A stretch of 49,575 bases of DNA from a virus. Its lineage: Duplodnaviria; Caudoviricetes. Both the position numbers and the translations under genes were made by a program. Each line of letters begins with the position of its first letter. Positions within the stretch are counted from its first letter, which is position 1. This document shows, piece by piece, positions 45,458 to 49,575 of this stretch. Under the pieces are notes generated by a model. The model searched no databases. It was not told the DNA's origin and saw only the letters and a program-made list of their open reading frames with translations. The stretch is from positions 1-49,575 of IMG/VR virus record IMGVR_UViG_3300028145_000005; one strand, written 5' to 3'.

Positions 45458-45751
45458 CTAGGTCATCATGGAGTCTTCCGTTTCGGAAGGCTCGCTGGAC
45501 TCGCCTGTGTCTCCCTGGTCGCTTGGCCCTTCGTCATCCTTATTGTCGCCGTAAACGCACTTGATTACGGCTTCTCCGTCCTTGATGGCCGTAACCTCCA
45601 CCGTTTCCTTGTCTCCGGGTTTAACATCCTTGTTGAAGAAGGACAGTGGCACCAACCCCATTTTTTCCTCTGGCGTACTATCGTTCTCCATGTCCATGTT
45701 GGAGTTATCCTGGGAGCCTTCGTCCTGCTGATCCATGTAGTCGCTGGCCAT
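45458..45751 (-). CDS. Highly acidic small protein
   Basis: D/E-rich termini flanking a short beta core. Confidence 0.7.
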   Translation of the reverse strand: MASDYMDQQDEGSQDNSNMDMENDSTPEEKMGLVPLSFFNKDVKPGDKETVEVTAIKDGEAVIKCVYGDNKDDEGPSDQGDTGESSEPSETEDSMMT

Positions 45752-45764
45752 AAGTTATGCGGGT

Positions 45765-45806
45765 TAAAGAGGGTGCCACCAAGCCAACCCCGGATTGATG
45801 GCACCC
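45765..45806 (-). terminator. Putative intrinsic terminator after the capsid gene
   Basis: Minus strand GGGTGCCATCAA...TTGGTGGCACCC followed by TCTTT. Confidence 0.55.
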
Positions 45807-45825
45807 ATTGTGTGACTACCACCGG

Positions 45826-47196
45826 TTAGGTGATTTCCGGCGTGCAGGGAGTGTTGCAAGAATCGTAATCCTGAGTCGGATAACCAGGATCATCACTGCA
45901 ATTGCTTATTTCCGGCACACAGAAGGGTTCGCGGCGATGCAGGAACACGTTGATGAACTCTGTGTAGAGCGGGCGAATGGCCAGCTTGAAGTCCGCGATG
46001 AACATGCCCTTGTTGCGGCGTTTGTTCTCGATGACGCAGCCGTTTACGTCTTCACCGAGGTTATCCATGACGAACTGCCATTTCCCGCCGAAGTTGCGGC
46101 TGCTGAATGGCATCTCGGGATTAACTGGCGTAGCGTCGGCTACGAGAGCTTCCAGGCCCATCTTGTGCCAGATGTAGGTGATGGCGAATTGCGCCTTGTC
46201 GAAGTCCGGGTTTTCAACGCTGCCCAGGCCCGGGTCGCCACCCGCGCCACTGGTTACCTGATTGACATAGGGAAGGACGACCTGATAGCGGTAACGATTG
46301 GGAGCCGCGCCCGCGCCACGGTCAGCCACGAAATTGAACCGCAATCCCATCGGGTCGGTGCGAACGAGGTAATTACCGATCTGGCCGGAGAAGCCGTAAC
46401 GCCAGAAAGCGTTGGCGCTGGACCATTCGGTGAAACGCCAGTTCCCGGCGATAGTCGGGCACGACCCGCCGCCCCCGCCGCATTGGCCACCCAACTTGTC
46501 CAATTCCCAGGCGGTGGCGATGTCGGTGACTAGTTCGATATACGGCGCAGTTTCCTTGAATGGGTTCTTGCCGCCGTAACCACGGCGCATGAGCGGCTCA
46601 AACCTCACCTGAAGCATCTGCGGGACGAGCTTAAAGACCGTCGTCGGATCGGCTGACGTGTCGAAAAAGATTTCCTCGTCACCAACCACCGTCCAATTGA
46701 ACGTGAATAGAGTCATCGCCCGATTGGCGATGAACTTCTTATCGGCATGGTCCAACGCCCGCTTGCGCAGGAAATTGGACATGATGTCGGTCGTCGCTGG
46801 CCGCAGGATGTCGGAAATGATCTGGCGGAAATGCTCCTGGGCCTTCGTCACATGCATCATCTGGTCAAAGCAAAGGAGCGGCGTGGCCCAACTTTGTTCC
46901 TCCAGGAAATAAGTGATGCGCGTCGCGCCCCAGCCGATGCAATGCTCGGTCTTATCGCAAGGCGTGCCCACGCAGGAGGCGTACTCGGTCCGATTCCAGA
47001 CCTTGGTGGTATTGGGGAAGACGTGCCGGAACCGGTCCAGGGTATGTTCAACGCCAGAATAGGCATCGAAAGTGCCCGTCTTAACGTTAAGCACCCAGGA
47101 ATCGGTGGGCCGGATGTCGGAGAGGATCAGTTTGTCGTAGACCGGCTGTTGGTCTACCAAGAAATTGGTAAATTGGTCGCAAGATAAAATAGCCAT
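45826..47196 (-). CDS. Major capsid protein
   Basis: About 456 aa; follows the scaffold, with an upstream promoter-like gap and a downstream hairpin; positional assignment. Confidence 0.7.
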   Translation of the reverse strand: MAILSCDQFTNFLVDQQPVYDKLILSDIRPTDSWVLNVKTGTFDAYSGVEHTLDRFRHVFPNTTKVWNRTEYASCVGTPCDKTEHCIGWGATRITYFLEEQSWATPLLCFDQMMHVTKAQEHFRQIISDILRPATTDIMSNFLRKRALDHADKKFIANRAMTLFTFNWTVVGDEEIFFDTSADPTTVFKLVPQMLQVRFEPLMRRGYGGKNPFKETAPYIELVTDIATAWELDKLGGQCGGGGGSCPTIAGNWRFTEWSSANAFWRYGFSGQIGNYLVRTDPMGLRFNFVADRGAGAAPNRYRYQVVLPYVNQVTSGAGGDPGLGSVENPDFDKAQFAITYIWHKMGLEALVADATPVNPEMPFSSRNFGGKWQFVMDNLGEDVNGCVIENKRRNKGMFIADFKLAIRPLYTEFINVFLHRREPFCVPEISNCSDDPGYPTQDYDSCNTPCTPEIT

Positions 47197-47299
47197 AGCT
47201 TCAAAATGCAAAAGTTCATGGGAACGTGCGTTGAAGCCGGAGGCTTGCGATCCTTTTATGCCGAGGATGAACCGGCGAACCCGCTTATTAAGCGGATAG

Positions 47300-47335
47300 T
47301 CGAGCTAATAGAAGCTGCGGGGATCTATGTCAACA
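47300..47335 (-). promoter_or_regulatory. Putative sigma70-type promoter for the capsid gene
   Basis: Perfect TTGACA (47333-47328), 17-nt spacer, weak -10 TATTAG, then a hairpin-containing leader. Confidence 0.4.
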
Positions 47336-47345
47336 ACCAAAATGG

Positions 47346-48686
47346 TCAGCGACCCATCTTACTAAGCATGGCTGCTACTCCGTCGATAGTAATATCGTTG
47401 TTGGCTGAGGCTTGTTTGCCTTTGCCTTCCCCATCGGTTGGCGCTGAATCGCCGTAGGCTTTAAGTGCCTCTTCCTTCTCGGCCAGCATGGCCTTGAGTT
47501 GCTTGTTTTCGTGCATCAGCACGGAGTAAGCGATGGCACGATTACGCAGTGCCACATGCTTCTTGATGACGGTGGCGCGTTGTTCTTCGGTGAGGTTTGG
47601 GTCATTGGCCTTGGCTGAGAGCGCGTCAGCCACGAAGGCGGCGGCTTTCTCCAACTTGCTGTTGCGCTCATCGTCGCCCTCGACCGGACGCAGGAAGTCG
47701 AATTTGCTCACCGATTCATCGCTGAACTGTTTCCAGAGCTTGGAATTGTTTTGCTGAATAGCCTGATGTTGTTGCGCCACCTGATTCTGCCACTCTCCAC
47801 TCTTGGACTTTTGCTCATCCAAAGCATGATTCTGGGCATCACGCAGATCGCGGAGCTTATCTATGTATCCACGCACTTCGGCTGCATCATCAGGAAACCT
47901 AGCCTTGATCTCCACACGGGCAGCAGCCGGATCCATGTTCATCAAGGCACCGATGTCAACTGGGGTTAAGTCACGGGCAACAGTTTCACCGCTCTGGGCA
48001 TCTTGGAATTGGACTTTAAGACCCTTGAGCCCACCGATAGCCCGTGCCCAAGCTTCCTCGTAGGGTTTCTGGTACTTATCGACAAATTCCTGGCTCTTGG
48101 AATAATCCACGAACCGGATATGATTCTCCAATTCTTGGTTTCGCTTTTCCAGCGCAGTAAGGCGCTCGGTGATTTCCTTTGGCGGTTCTGTCTGCTTGGT
48201 GCGAAGATCGGTGTTTTCCTGTTTGAGCCGGCTATTATCAGCCTTAAACTTTTCTACCAACGTCCAAGGATTGGTCTTCTTATCGCCCGGCTTAGGCTGG
48301 GCCTTCGCAGCCTCTTCCTCAACTTTCTTGTCCTGGACCTGTTCATCGGTACTGGGCTCTTTTTGCTCAGCTGGTTTCTGTTCCTCAGTTGGCTTGGCTG
48401 GTTCCTCGCCCATTAGGTCTCCGTCCTCCGGCGCGGCCAATCCTTTGATGCCAGAGAACGCCCCATCCATCGTGCCCAACGGCTCAGCCGACTTGGCTGG
48501 GTCCTGCGGCTGTTTCTCCGGCAGCACCACCCCACGACGCGAAGGTCTGGAAGATAAAGCGGACGGAGCGGGGGCAGTCTTTGGCGGGGTGGCCACGGGC
48601 GCTTTGGCTGGCGTGGCAGGGCTTGGGGCAGACTGGGCAGGCTGGGCAGGAGCAGACGGTGGTGGGGCGGCGGGAGCGGCTGGCAT
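47346..48686 (-). CDS. Capsid scaffolding protein
   Basis: Pro/Ala- then Glu/Lys-rich N-terminus, long coiled coils; located between portal and capsid. Confidence 0.65.
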   Translation of the reverse strand: MPAAPAAPPPSAPAQPAQSAPSPATPAKAPVATPPKTAPAPSALSSRPSRRGVVLPEKQPQDPAKSAEPLGTMDGAFSGIKGLAAPEDGDLMGEEPAKPTEEQKPAEQKEPSTDEQVQDKKVEEEAAKAQPKPGDKKTNPWTLVEKFKADNSRLKQENTDLRTKQTEPPKEITERLTALEKRNQELENHIRFVDYSKSQEFVDKYQKPYEEAWARAIGGLKGLKVQFQDAQSGETVARDLTPVDIGALMNMDPAAARVEIKARFPDDAAEVRGYIDKLRDLRDAQNHALDEQKSKSGEWQNQVAQQHQAIQQNNSKLWKQFSDESVSKFDFLRPVEGDDERNSKLEKAAAFVADALSAKANDPNLTEEQRATVIKKHVALRNRAIAYSVLMHENKQLKAMLAEKEEALKAYGDSAPTDGEGKGKQASANNDITIDGVAAMLSKMGR

Positions 48687-48689
48687 AGT

Positions 48690-48968
48690 TCAACGTGTGT
48701 TGTGATCGAGATTTCCGGTGGGCTGACGTGAAATCGGTTTGGCTGTTTCAGCGATGGAAAGCAAGTGACGGATATAGTCCGTGGCACCCATGATCCGGTT
48801 ATAGGCAGCGGCCTGCTCGGCTGGATCCGCAATGTTTGGCATGCCCAGGATTTGCTCAAGCAAAGCAGCCTCACAAGCTGTCCTGAAACCTTCACTAACA
48901 ACCAAATCCTGATGAGCCCGCGATTGTTGGACGTTGGACTGGAACCGGGCCCTGGGCGTCAGGTTCAT
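48690..48968 (-). CDS. Small helical protein between portal and scaffold
   Basis: 92 aa, ATGA-coupled to the portal gene. Confidence 0.65.
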   Translation of the reverse strand: MNLTPRARFQSNVQQSRAHQDLVVSEGFRTACEAALLEQILGMPNIADPAEQAAAYNRIMGATDYIRHLLSIAETAKPISRQPTGNLDHNTR

Positions 48969-49575
48969 TTCGCCTTCTCCTTAGGCTCCGCAGCAGCCTT
49001 GGCGTTCTCTCGGCGAATCTCGGCAGCCGTCTCAACATCGGTCGCGGCTACATCGGTCTGCAACTCGACTTGCTGGCGTTGCATATCCAATTGATGCTGC
49101 TGCGCCTTTCGCTTTTCTTCGGCTTCCCATTGCACCTGCCGCTGGGCCGTGCGTTGGGCGTGGCTCTCGCGGGTGTTGGCAGCCTTGGCTTGGGCCTGTA
49201 ACTGCATGCCTTGAATCTTGGCCAAGTCTTTCGGGTCAACTTGGGCTTGGCCGTTGCCGTTCTGCTGGGCGGCAGCTTCCATGGCTTGCTGCAACCGTTG
49301 CCCGTACGCCTTAACCATGTTCATCAGCTGACCCAAGCCGTCACCATACTGGCGCACGCGCTCCTTCTGCTCTTTATCATCACTCAGAATCTGGAGTTGC
49401 TCGCCAATGGTCTGACCGACCATCTGGAGGCCAATTAACTGTTCGGGCTTGGCCATGGACTGCTGCTGTTGTTCGATTCGCTGCACGATCAGGGTCATCT
49501 CGGCCAGTAAAACCTCAACGATTTCGATGCGATTGGAGCGCGGGCCGAACTGGACGGGCAGTCCTTGCATCAAAC
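48965..49575 (-). CDS. Portal protein, C-terminal part (5'-truncated)
   Basis: Gln/Ala-rich coiled-coil barrel-like tail typical of P22-like portals; position upstream of scaffold and capsid. Confidence 0.6.
   Translation of the reverse strand, partial: LMQGLPVQFGPRSNRIEIVEVLLAEMTLIVQRIEQQQQSMAKPEQLIGLQMVGQTIGEQLQILSDDKEQKERVRQYGDGLGQLMNMVKAYGQRLQQAMEAAAQQNGNGQAQVDPKDLAKIQGMQLQAQAKAANTRESHAQRTAQRQVQWEAEEKRKAQQHQLDMQRQQVELQTDVAATDVETAAEIRRENAKAAAEPKEKAK

Noticed and set aside
1-49575. Integrase, att sites, tRNA genes, tape measure protein, DNA polymerase
   Set aside because: None recognised by eye; the window is truncated at both ends, so lifestyle cannot be determined

Overview
The window is almost entirely a tailed-phage (Caudoviricetes) genome segment with podovirus-like architecture: portal, scaffold, capsid, adaptor, nozzle and ejection-type genes are present, and no tape measure is visible. 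It is truncated in a glycosyltransferase-like gene at the left edge and in the portal gene at the right edge. Layout: leftward glycosyltransferase/RusA genes (1-4.0 kb); rightward secreted and membrane accessory genes (4.1-7.3 kb); a hairpin-dense, largely non-coding region with a candidate small terminase and a C/G skew switch (7.3-9.1 kb); a rightward early, recombination and replication module with ERF, PD-(D/E)XK exonuclease, CsrA, initiator, DnaC-like ATPase and an NrdR-like Zn ribbon (9.1-18.2 kb); and a long leftward late module (18.2-49.6 kb) interrupted by an inverted large terminase and two antisense HNH genes. Most notable: (i) four consecutive tail-fibre/adhesin-like genes carry Sec-type signal peptides, the two largest with dense Thr-Asn repeats, next to an outer-membrane beta-barrel gene; (ii) HNH cassettes, two bounded by 5-bp direct repeats whose removal restores a flanking reading frame, and two whose antisense strands form ORFs bridging the neighbouring late genes; (iii) a ~400-nt highly paired candidate ncRNA; (iv) a RusA locus with RusA-like motifs split over two overlapping frames. 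A Verrucomicrobiota host is inferred from SxDLxxW...FYR domains. No integrase, endolysin, tRNA, CRISPR array or reverse transcriptase was recognised. All calls are by eye, without database searches.
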